Below are positions 42,401-52,065 of a DNA stretch of 64,000 nucleotides, in pieces (the stretch's first letter is position 1; the number at the start of each line of letters is the position of its first letter). Both the position numbers and the translations under genes were made by a program. The DNA is from Candidatus Bathyarchaeota archaeon (GTDB lineage: Archaea > Thermoproteota > Bathyarchaeia > Bathyarchaeales > Bathycorpusculaceae), in assembly GCA_963815095.1 (NCBI GenBank), contig CAWFFH010000006.1, forward strand, positions 147,289 to 211,288. Reading direction: 5' to 3'. A model generated the notes under the pieces. That model saw nothing but the letters and a program-made list of their open reading frames with translations, ran no database searches and was not told where the DNA came from.

Positions 42401-44170
42401 AGTCGCAAGTGAGCCGATTGGACCTGTAATTGGGTTTAATGTGATTGAAGGTTTAACATTGAAATTGGCAAAGGCAGAATTAACTCCATCGCTAGCCATA
42501 ACTTGGTTAATGCCTGCTGAAGCATTGAAGTTAAAATTAAAAGTTGCTGAGAACGAGCCAGTTGGATCCGCGACTATCGGATAAGGACTTGTTGTCATTG
42601 GGTTTCCGGCAAAGTTGATGCTTATTGTCGAATTATAAATAAAGTTTGAACCCGTTACTGTTATAGTAGTTCCGACTGGGCCATTTGTAGGACTTATAGC
42701 TATTGTGGGAGTGGTAACTATGAAGGTGGTATTTGCGTAATTGAAATTTTTGTCGACGATAGTGACTGTTTTGTTTCCTGGTGTTTCCCCAAGAGGAACC
42801 GTGAATATGGAGTTGGCAGTGATGACTCCATTTGAATCAGTGGATGCACTAAAGGGAACTTGCGTCCCATCAAAAATAGCTAAAAGTGGAGAGTTGGCTG
42901 CAAAACCTTGCCCTGATACCGTAACTGGCTGACCAATTGGACCACTGATAGGTGAAAGACTAACAGGAGTTGTAGGAGGTATTACAACCAATTTGACAGC
43001 ATCTAAAATTATAGCCCAATTTTTAGTAGAGGTAAAACTGCAATTTACTGACAAGTTGTTTTTTGGAGCTGCGGTTATAGCCCATTCACTCCACACTGAC
43101 CTGGGCAGAGCATCAGGTTCTCCAGTTGCTCCGTAAGAACTCTGTACGGGCATAATTTCCTGGAAACCCAATCCAGGCGTTATTACTGGATTAAGAGAGT
43201 CAATACTTAGGGCTCCTATTACAAGTTCATTTGAGTAATGAATATTGATTGTATCTTGTACTAGAGTGGATTTGCCTATCGCAGTTTGTGCTGAACCATC
43301 AAATGGAGAGGTAGTATTAACATCACTAACTGCAAAAGCTAAAGCCGAACAATAATAATCGCTTAATTCATCAGCAGTTGAATGAATGCTGATAGTTAAC
43401 GGACCAACTGAAGGCATAATAGCATAGTAAGTTTCCAAAATGCTATCCCCATCCATTGAACCATAATCAGTAGGCAATGTGTGGCCCCTAATAGTCCAAG
43501 TTAAGCTAGGAGTTGAAGTGGGTGTATACAAGTTATTCTCATCATCGTAAGAAACTACAACATAAATTAGTTGATTAGGCTTTGTTGTTGTAAGAGATAA
43601 CTTCAGGGGTGTTGAGTCAGTGGAGTAAGTAGAGTTGATATCAGTAACTCCAGGGAAACTATTGCTTGTAACTATGCCATTAAATTGGTTAATTCCTGGA
43701 AAAGCCGATATAATATTCCCTCTTGTAGTTACAAACCAAAAGCTAAACTGATCATAATTTGACGCGTTTAATATGGGAACTGACTTGAAATATTCAATAC
43801 TGCTTCCAGGTTGAATAACAAGTGATGGACTCAATAATACGTTACCAACCGTATCATTGGTTATATCTCTAATCCATAAACGTACCAATTCAGTGGGAAG
43901 CGTACCATTGTTGGTAATATCACATAGCATGTAAACCTTGTTGTTTAACACAGCAGTCTCCGGGTTCGTAATTGATACGGTTTGGAGTTCTGTGTAGCGA
44001 TCCAAATCCAACTGTTTTGCCTGAATTGTCGTCTGTTCGAGGCCAGTATTTTGATTGAGAACAATCATAAAACTAGCAAAAACAATCATGACTATAAGTA
44101 AGAAAAATACCATACCAAATACAGTACCGATTCCTTTATTGTTTCTTCGCAGATTATGGTGTAAATTCAT
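39422..44170 (-). CDS. Giant pilin-like adhesin (~1580 aa) with IPT/TIG and B-repeat-like domains
   Basis: Class III signal NNKG|IGTVFGMVFFLLI, four 'P..GP.G..VTV.G.GF' repeats, and QY...W.D.G repeats; no C-terminal TM. Confidence 0.82.
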   Translation of the reverse strand: MNLHHNLRRNNKGIGTVFGMVFFLLIVMIVFASFMIVLNQNTGLEQTTIQAKQLDLDRYTELQTVSITNPETAVLNNKVYMLCDITNNGTLPTELVRLWIRDITNDTVGNVLLSPSLVIQPGSSIEYFKSVPILNASNYDQFSFWFVTTRGNIISAFPGINQFNGIVTSNSFPGVTDINSTYSTDSTPLKLSLTTTKPNQLIYVVVSYDDENNLYTPTSTPSLTWTIRGHTLPTDYGSMDGDSILETYYAIMPSVGPLTISIHSTADELSDYYCSALAFAVSDVNTTSPFDGSAQTAIGKSTLVQDTINIHYSNELVIGALSIDSLNPVITPGLGFQEIMPVQSSYGATGEPDALPRSVWSEWAITAAPKNNLSVNCSFTSTKNWAIILDAVKLVVIPPTTPVSLSPISGPIGQPVTVSGQGFAANSPLLAIFDGTQVPFSASTDSNGVITANSIFTVPLGETPGNKTVTIVDKNFNYANTTFIVTTPTIAISPTNGPVGTTITVTGSNFIYNSTISINFAGNPMTTSPYPIVADPTGSFSATFNFNFNASAGINQVMASDGVNSAFANFNVKPSITLNPITGPIGSLATVTGTGFAASQSVTVTFAGATVTTAPVNVNTDGFGFFTSNFTVPSGQTAGTKNVVATDANSNSATTTFAVTPSISLNSTNGDVGSTVNVSGSGFAANSILALKFAGSTVTLVGTTSTNSSGAFTGATFTVPTWVSTWAIGSVQTVVITDAAANSGLNTFTVNTVTQSITVTLSDSAPSATVTVNGGNPAPNTFAADGTSHSVTMFSGSSFTLSFSNSGNTRNGFIVASDFSASSISYTASVTPVTVTGFEQVQNTFSVTFNGGNAGSGDSLTMTGTYLGASSSTITALNSGNSWRSSSWSDYNTVVTFPVNTALSSSTQRWAINGAYSTAVLTSGGNTYSTSYYHQYPQTLSYSVFAGGSPAAPAATGASFGVAYAPSLTNAATGYWFDALGSIAFSTSAEGVGEQWVPVPASILATSAQTQIVNMHHQYQVSFSQSGVDSSAGTNAVLTVSSTNYAYNALPANVWFDSGTIFNWVPTVAGGAGKQFVSTGSTGTSPILTAGAYSGAYKTQYQHTITSSPATGSGFITVDGVAQSTPYTTSWWDSGSTHTIAASSTVTVVAGQRQYQYLSWSDAGAQSHTVSPATITTYTANFQQQFYFTVSSTYDSATGSGWYNAGTTISSTVTTPFSGVTGIQYVTTGWTGSGSLSSGGSAGSSSTGSFAINAYTTCIWNWKTQYQVSFAASGLGSVAPNTKVISVGGSDVLYSQLPFTNWFDSGTSYIYYSTVAGSVSETQFALIGTSPASPVSGTTGATIIGTYKTQYELTVTSAAGTSGGQTSGYYDSGTIISSSVSTTVIIAGPPSIIYNSNGFTGTGNAPSSGSGPTVSFTLTQPSSVMWHWNGQMTIDPEASITENIPSEAPNNSNHWVDVSDSSDSTYVYAGKSGTFTDSYSLQSIGSVTGTISSVTQYIRVDFTAVSSNYVTSSLTLGTNTLTSNNFTPALNTWTTHSDTFTRPGGGAWTMSDINNLQSGLTLHRASGQTRCSEVWIMVNFST

Positions 44171-44711
44171 AGTCAAAAGCACTTCCACTTTGAGTTACTA
44201 AATGAAGAGTATAAATTGAACCTTGATTTAGGGGTGGCCCACTTAAAATAACGTAAAAGTATGCTTCTTTACCAATATTAAGGGCATTTCCCGTTATAGG
44301 CGTCGGAGCAGGAGTAACAGAACTAATAGGGTATAATTGTGAAATTTGTAATGGTGAAAGTTGAGGGTTAGCAGAATAAACACCTACTATATTATTATTT
44401 GAGTCGTAGATGAAAACAGAGTTTATTTTCAAGCTATTAGAACCCCCAGAATTTATAATGTAAACTGTTAGGTTTGCTGGAGATTGCGAATAGACGACGT
44501 TTTCGAACCCGATCCGTTCAGCAATCGATTGCTGACTATTAGATATAGTGCTAGAATAATTGTTTGTAGTAGTCGTCGTTACGTTGCTTGCGTAATAGTA
44601 AGCGACGGAACCAAAAATTAGGATAATTGCCGCTAACAAAACGGTGGCAAATATTGGACTAAGCGCACGCTTATCACGTGAAAAGATACAAAGTTTTCTC
44701 AAGCACAACAC
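44154..44711 (-). CDS. Archaeal type IV pilin-like protein (minor pilin)
   Basis: DKRA|LSPIFATVLL, ERI, Y.LHLVT.SG..F motifs. Confidence 0.85.
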   Translation of the reverse strand: MLCLRKLCIFSRDKRALSPIFATVLLAAIILIFGSVAYYYASNVTTTTTNNYSSTISNSQQSIAERIGFENVVYSQSPANLTVYIINSGGSNSLKINSVFIYDSNNNIVGVYSANPQLSPLQISQLYPISSVTPAPTPITGNALNIGKEAYFYVILSGPPLNQGSIYTLHLVTQSGSAFDYEFTP

Positions 44712-45171
44712 CCAACATCAAATCTAACAGGTATCCTCTCTTTTTCCGGCCATTTTAGCTGAAACTTCATTTTTTAGGATTTCCAGCATTTCATTAACAG
44801 AGTTTGCTAATAAACCCTGTTTTTCCAATAAGGTTATAGATAGTTAAACATTATTTCCGATTTTGTAACAGTCATGGGTATTCTAAGGTTTTTCAAGGAT
44901 GGTGACCAAATCAGATTTTCTTACAATATTTTGTTAAACGTAGCCCTTTGTCACAGTTAGTAGAAGTAAGTACAGAAATGCTACTTTAAATTGAATGATT
45001 TAAATTAAAAAAGATCAAGTAACTGAAAAAATTTTATCTTGCTAATTCTGTTTTATCCCTCAACTCAATATTAAACATTCATCATGCCTCATGACAAACA
45101 CTTACAATGCGATGAATAAGCCTTTAAATAAAGAAAGTTAAAAAAGGAAGACTTTTAGCGGAAAAAACCGC

Positions 45172-45655
45172 TTAAGGTACTGTAAAGCTTGGTGAAACAA
45201 AACTACCACCTGCAGCTGTCGTTACTGTAACAGTGTAAGCACCTGGAGCCAAGATTCCAACAGTTCCTGTTATAGTGGTTAGAGTCCCTGTGGATAAAGT
45301 TGAGGGGTTTGGACTTGGAGTAGGAATAGGAGCAGTCATAAGGATACCTGTTGCAGAAGCTATTATGTTTCCAGAGCTATCTTTAATTATCAAGCCGTTT
45401 ACTGTTGCCGCTGGGCCGCTTGTTTGCTGAACATAAACAGATACTGTTACCTGAGTGAAGTTCGCTATAGCTTGCAGCTTGAACTGAAACTTTTTCTTGT
45501 CCTGCTGTTCCTCCATTAGTCATAGTTGACAATGTTCCGGTAGTAAACATGTAAACAACAACACCAGCGATGACTGCAATTGCGATGAGAATTAAAGTTG
45601 CGAAAATTGGTGAAATAGCTTTACGGTTCTTCATTAAACGTTTAATATTATTCAT
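45172..45655 (-). CDS. Probable major type IV pilin split by a single frameshift near 45445-45472
   Basis: Frame 1 gives RKA|ISPIFATLILIAI...EKVSVQAA; frame 2 gives VSVYVQ...IIKDSSG...YTVTVTTAAGGSF. Both halves align by eye with the 32374 pilin. Confidence 0.75.
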
Positions 45656-45926
45656 TTTTTTCTTTGCACCTCCTCATGAAATCTCTTTCGCCTTTGTTAT
45701 CATTCTCTTCAAAGAGTTTGCTTATAAACTAAGTATTTCAATAAGTAATATTACAAAACACGAAAGATAATCGACAATAAATTAACAAATTCAGAAACAA
45801 GCAACCCATGCTTGTAGAAGTAATCAAACGAAGATACATACAAGTTTATATTAAATATAGTAATTTATAAGCAACAAAACAATTACATCTAGCAAGAAAA
45901 CATCGATTTTTAAGGAGTCAGATCTA

Positions 45927-46315
45927 ATGCTTAAAAGGAGAAATCAAGTCATTTTTTCCGAATTAAACGAGACCTTTTCGGGACTTTTATCGCTCTTAAA
46001 CGGGTTATCGTTTAAGTTAATGTTCACGTTTTTAACGATTTTTAGTCTTCTTGATGCAGCAACAACTACTGTCGGTTTAAAGTCAGGTTGTGTTGAGCTT
46101 AACAGGGTTGGTACTAATGGCAGGTATTGAGCCTGGACGCTTTTCAGATTGGCTTTACTGGGATATTTAGTCGCAGTTTTTCTTCTGAGTTATCAATTCT
46201 TTAAAAAACATTCATCCACCAAAACACTAAAAACGCTCAAGATAACCCTTTTCTTATGAATATCTATATTGACGCTGATGTTTTCTAAGGATTTTTTTCA
46301 ATTCTATCAAATGAT
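45927..46315 (+). pseudogene. DUF5658-like membrane protein with frameshifts
   Basis: LLDAATTTVGL..G..ELN motif; hydrophobic coding continues in other frames (WTLFRLALLGYL...). Confidence 0.55.
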
Positions 46316-47288
46316 GTTAAATGAGCTAAAAACTTGCATTGCAAATTACGTTCAGCAAGGTTAAAGAAAAAAATTTTACTGATTGTTTCTTAGAATGGCT
46401 CAATTTTTATTTCCATAATATATCATCAAGTCTCGGCTTATCTTTCTTTAACGAAACTGAAATTAAGTTTAGAACTACCACGCGACTGTCCTAACTCATT
46501 TTAGCCAAAAACTCTCCCAACTACTACTCCAAAGACCGATAGTATTATGGTTACTTTCAAGACTTAATCAGTCTCAAGCTTAAACTGCCAGCGAACCAGC
46601 CTAGGAATTTGTAATCGATTTACTCTCTGCAATCTAGTTTTGAAACTAACTTTTTCAGTTAAAGCAATCTTTCCTGGCCCGCACTCAAACTTTCGGTGAC
46701 TTACTATGACTAATACAGACGCAACCTAAAACCAATTCAAGGTTTGACTCAAAAAACCAACCCAAAAAAAGCTCATCAGAAAAATTGTGGCACAAAGGTG
46801 TTGTTGTTCTACTAATAACCAAAACAATCACTCATAGGTTAGTAGATTAATATCAACCTGTTGTGATTATCGACTACGGACCCGAATTCAAAAATTAAGG
46901 CACTTTGCAATTTCAATATCTCCGACAATTCCTCATTCCATTCAATTGAATCTCAATTGAAAAAATTTTCTTTGGCTCATTTATTTACCATAAAGATAAG
47001 TGATAGTTGGTTTTTAATGTGAAATTGAGAATTCGGGGTTCCCCTTTTTGTTTAAAACCGGACTTACGAATCAGGGGATTCCTAAAAATAGTACTGTGAA
47101 AATGGGCAATATTATTAAATTTAATAAAAAACCATAATTTTTTAGCAATTTCTTTAAAAAATAATCATTTAAATTTTTAATTTATGAATTTGTAGTTCTT
47201 AAGTCTTATTAAGCAACTGAGCATAATTGGCATTCGCTATCACTAAGCAATTACAAAAAGGGTCAAAGGAAGAAGGAGCAAAAAAGGT

Positions 47289-48086
47289 TTGAAGTGTCCG
47301 AAATGTTATGGTGCAGTCGTTTATCCCGAAGGCTTAAATGGAGAAAAAATCTGTATCCAATGCGGATTAGTTTTAGATGAAACTCCAGTCCTCAAAAGCT
47401 TTACAAAATGGACACCTGAATGGCATTCAAACTGGAATGAACAAGATTCTGAAACTCTCAAAGAATGGCTAACTACACTTAGAGCTGTTTCTTGTCAGTT
47501 AAACCTTCCAAATTTTCCTTACAGAGAAGAGGCAGCTCGCACAATACGGACACAAAATCAGTTGCTTTTCAAATCTCAAAAACTCTCCAAGAACAAAAGG
47601 GCTACGGTTGCAGCGCTTATGCATTTGATACTTAAAGAATACGACAAGATGAGACCCATAAAAAGCATATCCAAAGACCTCAGCTTGGACAGCGCTTTAG
47701 TTATGAAACAAGCGTGGATGCTTAACAAAACTCTGAAAATAGAAAAAGAACATCTGAAAATTCAACGAAAAACAGCATTAGACTATCTGCGGGAAAATGC
47801 AGCTAAAATATCAGTCAATAAAGACCTGCTTGTTAATGCGGAAAACACATTGATAGAGATTGGAGGTTTTGGTGGAAACCCAATTGGACTGGCAGCTGGC
47901 TCTTTTTACTATGTTTGCAAAAAGAAAACCAATATTTCTAAAGAAAAAATTGGAGAAGTTTTCGGCATTTCTGCGAGAACAGTGTATTCCAATGAAGTAA
48001 AAATTAGAAGGCTTTTAGCTAGTAGAAAAAGGACGAAATCGGCTCCAGTAATAGTTTTTCAAGTAAACAGACCTCTAACAGTTTAA
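47289..48086 (+). CDS. Divergent, shortened transcription initiation factor B (TFB)-like protein
   Basis: Zn ribbon CPKC...GEKICIQCGLVLDE, PEW motif, cyclin-fold remnants (AALM, G.NP.GLAAG..Y) and C-terminal HTH (IGEVFGISARTV). Confidence 0.75.
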   Translation: MKCPKCYGAVVYPEGLNGEKICIQCGLVLDETPVLKSFTKWTPEWHSNWNEQDSETLKEWLTTLRAVSCQLNLPNFPYREEAARTIRTQNQLLFKSQKLSKNKRATVAALMHLILKEYDKMRPIKSISKDLSLDSALVMKQAWMLNKTLKIEKEHLKIQRKTALDYLRENAAKISVNKDLLVNAENTLIEIGGFGGNPIGLAAGSFYYVCKKKTNISKEKIGEVFGISARTVYSNEVKIRRLLASRKRTKSAPVIVFQVNRPLTV

Positions 48087-48218
48087 TTGGAATTTATATG
48101 CCTAAATTGCCTATTTTATTGAATTTGGCAATCATTTTCACCCAATTAAGGGCTTTTCAGGGTTGACTTAGTATATAAGTTAACTTTGGGAATTAATCCA
48201 TGGATGTCGGATATTGCC

Positions 48219-48623
48219 ATGATTACAGAATTAGAAGCCCTAAGCAAGCGTATTGATAGAATTGAAAAACAGAAGACTGATGAAGTTATGACATTAATAG
48301 AGATCCTATCAAATGTTACATTTTTTGGAGAAATGAAACAAGCCTGTTGCGAACATGCAAAAGACGGTCAATGTAGCTATTTCATTCTAACAAATGAAGC
48401 AACAAACAAGATTCCTATTGTCAATATCTGCCAAGTTAAAAAATGCAGAGAAACAACACCCCATTATCACTTAGAATTATCCAACATCACATGCTCCCTC
48501 TGCGAATTAAAACACAATAATTCAACCCTATCCAGACCTGAAAGAAAAACCAAACCAAAAAAAACTACTAAAAAAAATAAAGATCATAAAAATAACAAAA
48601 AAGAAAAACAAGTGAGGCAATAA
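48219..48623 (+). CDS. Cys/His-rich hypothetical protein with a basic tail
   Basis: CCEH..GQC, C...C, HYH and CSLC motifs; Lys-rich C-terminus. Confidence 0.6.
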   Translation: MITELEALSKRIDRIEKQKTDEVMTLIEILSNVTFFGEMKQACCEHAKDGQCSYFILTNEATNKIPIVNICQVKKCRETTPHYHLELSNITCSLCELKHNNSTLSRPERKTKPKKTTKKNKDHKNNKKEKQVRQ

Positions 48624-48625
48624 AA

Positions 48626-50782
48626 ATGAACAAAAAAGCAATTACCCTTGTAATAACAGTGTTAATTTTAACTTCCGCATTCTTTGTATTTGATAAAAAC
48701 AACACATCCTCCGCATCAACAACTAATCCATCCAAACTCTACATTTACACTGGACCAACTAGCGTACTCGCGGACAACAACACTTACGTATGTATTTTTG
48801 TGCAGTTACAAGATTCCTCGGGGCTACCAGCCAGAGCCTTACAAGACACAACCATAAGCCTTGCCTCCTCACTCCCAAGTGTAGGAACTGTTAATTCATT
48901 CATTACTATTCCCAAAGGAGCCACATATGCAGCAGCAAACTTTTACACCACATTCAGTCCAGGAACAACAACGATTTCGGCTTCAGCAACAGGTTTTGCA
49001 ACAGTCCAAGCAACAATGACAACCGTGGGTCCAATACCTTCAGCCATAGCAGTTTACGGTTTCCCATCCACTCTACCCTCAGACGGGAATACGTACCAAG
49101 CCATAATGCTACAACTGCAGGACGTAAGCGGTAATCCTGCAAGAGCACCTCAAGGAGGCGTGCAAGTTACCCTATCATGTACAGACAATACTGTCGGCAC
49201 AGTCTCACCAATCGCAAAAATTCTTGAAGGCCAAACTTACGCTACAGCCAATTTCACAACAACCATAAAAGCACAAACGGAGGGAAAAACAGAATCAGCA
49301 ACAATTACAGCCTTAGCTCAGGGATACACTCCCAGCCAACTCACAATCATTACAACGCCAATCGCAACCAACCCAACGCAACTAAAAATATTTGTAGGAC
49401 CCTCCAAAGTTCCAGCTGACCAAAACGCATACCCACAAATCGCAATTGAATTACAAAACGCCACGGGTTTTGTCGCTGTAAATCAAACTGATATATTAGT
49501 AACTATTGCATCAAACGACCAAAGCGTATGCAAGATAAACTCAATAACGATTCCACAAACGCAAACTTATGCTTTAGCAACCCTCGATTCTACGTACAAA
49601 GCAGGTTCTGCAACTATAACAGCAGTAGCAACAGACCTTCTATGGGATCACCAAACAATAAACACATTTGGATTTATTCCTTCCAAGTTAGCCGTGTATT
49701 GCGTTCCAGTAAATCTACCAGCAGATAACAAAACATATCAAGCGATCCAAGTACAACTACAAGACGCACAAGGTCGACCTGCAAAAGATCCCCAAGCTGA
49801 TGTCAATGTAAATCTCTTCTCCTCACAACCAACAGTCGGAGTTGTAGGCTCAACATTAACTATTCCGTTTGGACAAACACAAGCCACAGGAACCTTAACG
49901 GTAACAAACGCGCCAGGCACAACAACGATAGCGGCTCAAGCCTCTGGCTACATAACAGGACAAACATCGATATCAACCACTTTAATCGATTACTCACCCC
50001 TACAAATAACACTGACAGTGGATCCAACAAGCGTAAACAATGGGTACTCAACTTCAGTAACAGCTTATGTCACTGCTAACGGAGCCCCAGTGATTGGAGC
50101 AACACTCAGTTTTACATCGAATAACGGTGGAACATTCGGATCAATATCAGAACAAGGAAACGGCTACTATAACATTAGCTTCACTGCACCAAGTTTCTCA
50201 GTAACAACAAGTTGCACCATTACAGCAAGCGGCTCAAAAATTGGCTACTTGAGCGCACAAGGAACCACACAAGTAACAGTCGTAACAGCCCCTGCCCCAA
50301 CAGAAACACCAACACCTACTCCAACTGAAACACCAACCCCAACACCAACTTCAACCACTCCAACATTAGCATTACTAATAACAGATAGTCAAGGAGAACC
50401 ATTAAACGACACAATCGTAACCTCAACTTCCCAACCAAATGGAATGCCAACATTAACTCAAATCTCAAACGCAACAGGCTACGTTACATTCCAAAACGCA
50501 ACAGCAGGAACCTACACCTTCAAAATAATTAAAGACGGATACCCACAAACCAACGAAACACTAGATTATAATGGTCAACCTTTAACACTCCAAATACCCC
50601 TGACGGAAAACACCGATGTAACTCCTAGTTCCAACAACCCATTAGCCATAGTAGCGGTAATTATAATTGCAGTCGTTATAGCAGCAGTTGCTGGCGTGAT
50701 GTTGGTGAAGCGTAGAAAGTCACCGAATGTAAAGAACCTACAAGAACTCAAGAAACAAATGGAAAGCAAAAAGAAATTTTAA
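48626..50782 (+). CDS. Secreted tandem Ig-like (invasin/Big-1-like) surface protein with a PT linker and TM anchor
   Basis: Signal peptide, four 'P..L.AD...Y..I.VQLQD..G.PA' repeats, TM+KRRK. Confidence 0.82.
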   Translation: MNKKAITLVITVLILTSAFFVFDKNNTSSASTTNPSKLYIYTGPTSVLADNNTYVCIFVQLQDSSGLPARALQDTTISLASSLPSVGTVNSFITIPKGATYAAANFYTTFSPGTTTISASATGFATVQATMTTVGPIPSAIAVYGFPSTLPSDGNTYQAIMLQLQDVSGNPARAPQGGVQVTLSCTDNTVGTVSPIAKILEGQTYATANFTTTIKAQTEGKTESATITALAQGYTPSQLTIITTPIATNPTQLKIFVGPSKVPADQNAYPQIAIELQNATGFVAVNQTDILVTIASNDQSVCKINSITIPQTQTYALATLDSTYKAGSATITAVATDLLWDHQTINTFGFIPSKLAVYCVPVNLPADNKTYQAIQVQLQDAQGRPAKDPQADVNVNLFSSQPTVGVVGSTLTIPFGQTQATGTLTVTNAPGTTTIAAQASGYITGQTSISTTLIDYSPLQITLTVDPTSVNNGYSTSVTAYVTANGAPVIGATLSFTSNNGGTFGSISEQGNGYYNISFTAPSFSVTTSCTITASGSKIGYLSAQGTTQVTVVTAPAPTETPTPTPTETPTPTPTSTTPTLALLITDSQGEPLNDTIVTSTSQPNGMPTLTQISNATGYVTFQNATAGTYTFKIIKDGYPQTNETLDYNGQPLTLQIPLTENTDVTPSSNNPLAIVAVIIIAVVIAAVAGVMLVKRRKSPNVKNLQELKKQMESKKKF

Positions 50783-50847
50783 TTTCTTTTTTTCCTCCAA
50801 ATTTTTTAATAAAGAATTTTTTTTAAGAATCAGAATAAAAGAAAAAA

Positions 50848-51021
50848 TTATTTTATGGTTAACTTTTCAGGCTCAGATATAATCTCGATGTCTTTTACAT
50901 CTTCATCCAAATTACGTTTGGAATTGGATTCGTTTTTGTTGACAATTTCTTTATAGGAAATAAAATAATTTAACAAACGTACTGCATCTTCATTTTCAAA
51001 TACAATCGTTGATTCTTTCAT
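50848..51021 (-). CDS. Small acidic hypothetical protein (57 aa)
   Basis: Manual translation MKESTIVFENEDAVRLLNYF...; AGGCGA SD-like sequence. Confidence 0.45.
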   Translation of the reverse strand: MKESTIVFENEDAVRLLNYFISYKEIVNKNESNSKRNLDEDVKDIEIISEPEKLTIK

Positions 51022-51362
51022 TTCAATCGCCTTTCATTTTAACGAATCCAAATTATCTTTATTCGATTATAACACTTTATAATATCCTCATGTATCGCTA
51101 ACAATTCTAAGATGCAAAAAATACTTATAAAATAGTTAAAAGGACTAAAAAAAAACAGAAGGCCTCAATTAAGCAAAAATAAGTAAAAATCAAACGCCGT
51201 TTTTTTAATAAATTAAAGAAATTTATCATTACCTGACAACTAATATAAAAAGTGGCCCTTATTTTTCCTCAAAAAAAACCGCAAGAAAAAACTATTGAAA
51301 CATTGATTCTAAATTCATAAAGGACTTATATACTTAAAATAATATTCGGTTGAGAAATAAAT

Positions 51363-51581
51363 ATGAAGGAACTAAGCGGTAAAAAAAGAAAAGAACTCAA
51401 AACTAAAATGTCTGAAGCCTTAAGCGATAAAATCACATCTCTTTCCGGCGAACTTCAAGACATTCTAATTGACGACTTAGTTACTGCTTTTGAAAGCAGA
51501 CTATCAGTGCTAAACATGGAACAGTCGAACTTGCACTTTTATGTGGAAGATCGCGTCAAAGTTTTTAATACGACGCTCTAA
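51363..51581 (+). CDS. Small helical hypothetical protein
   Basis: ATG start, TATA-like CTTATATA upstream, ELQDILIDDLVTAFESRL. Confidence 0.6.
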   Translation: MKELSGKKRKELKTKMSEALSDKITSLSGELQDILIDDLVTAFESRLSVLNMEQSNLHFYVEDRVKVFNTTL

Positions 51582-51696
51582 AGGAAAAACAACGGAACTT
51601 ATTCCTAAAAATCATTATTCCATGTAGATTAATCTGCTAAAAATATAGCGGAAGCAGAAAAAAGCTCCTCAGCTAACAATACTTCTTTCTTTGATT

Positions 51697-52065
51697 CTAA
51701 GGTACAAAGAGCTCAATTTCTTTATTGATTTCTGGAGTTTGTATGTTGCCTTTTCCGAAACTTCTACAAATTGCCTTAAGCGAGTTTGCAGTATAGTCAA
51801 GTAGAGCTTTTCCGTCAGTTGTCAATTCATATATTTTTCGGGGACGTTCACCGGTCATGTTCCAGGTACATTTTAGGTATTGCTTTTTTTCCAGTGTGGT
51901 TAATATGGGGTATATTGTGCTTGGTCCGAAGTTGATGCCGTAATTTTTTCGTATGGTGACCATGATTTCGTAGCCGTGCATTGGTCGTGTTTCAAGTAGT
52001 TCTAGAGTTATTATGTCTAGGAGGTTTTTTGTGAGGTTTTTTTGGATGTCTTGGTGTGCGTTCAT
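51697..52065 (-). CDS. PadR-family transcriptional regulator
   Basis: PMHGYEI, GPSTIYPIL..LE, RPRKIYELT.DG motifs. Confidence 0.92.
   Translation of the reverse strand: MNAHQDIQKNLTKNLLDIITLELLETRPMHGYEIMVTIRKNYGINFGPSTIYPILTTLEKKQYLKCTWNMTGERPRKIYELTTDGKALLDYTANSLKAICRSFGKGNIQTPEINKEIELFVP

Noticed and set aside
34891-45655. Archaellum operon
   Set aside because: No FlaH/F/G or chemotaxis genes, split platform genes, and pilins lacking archaellin motifs
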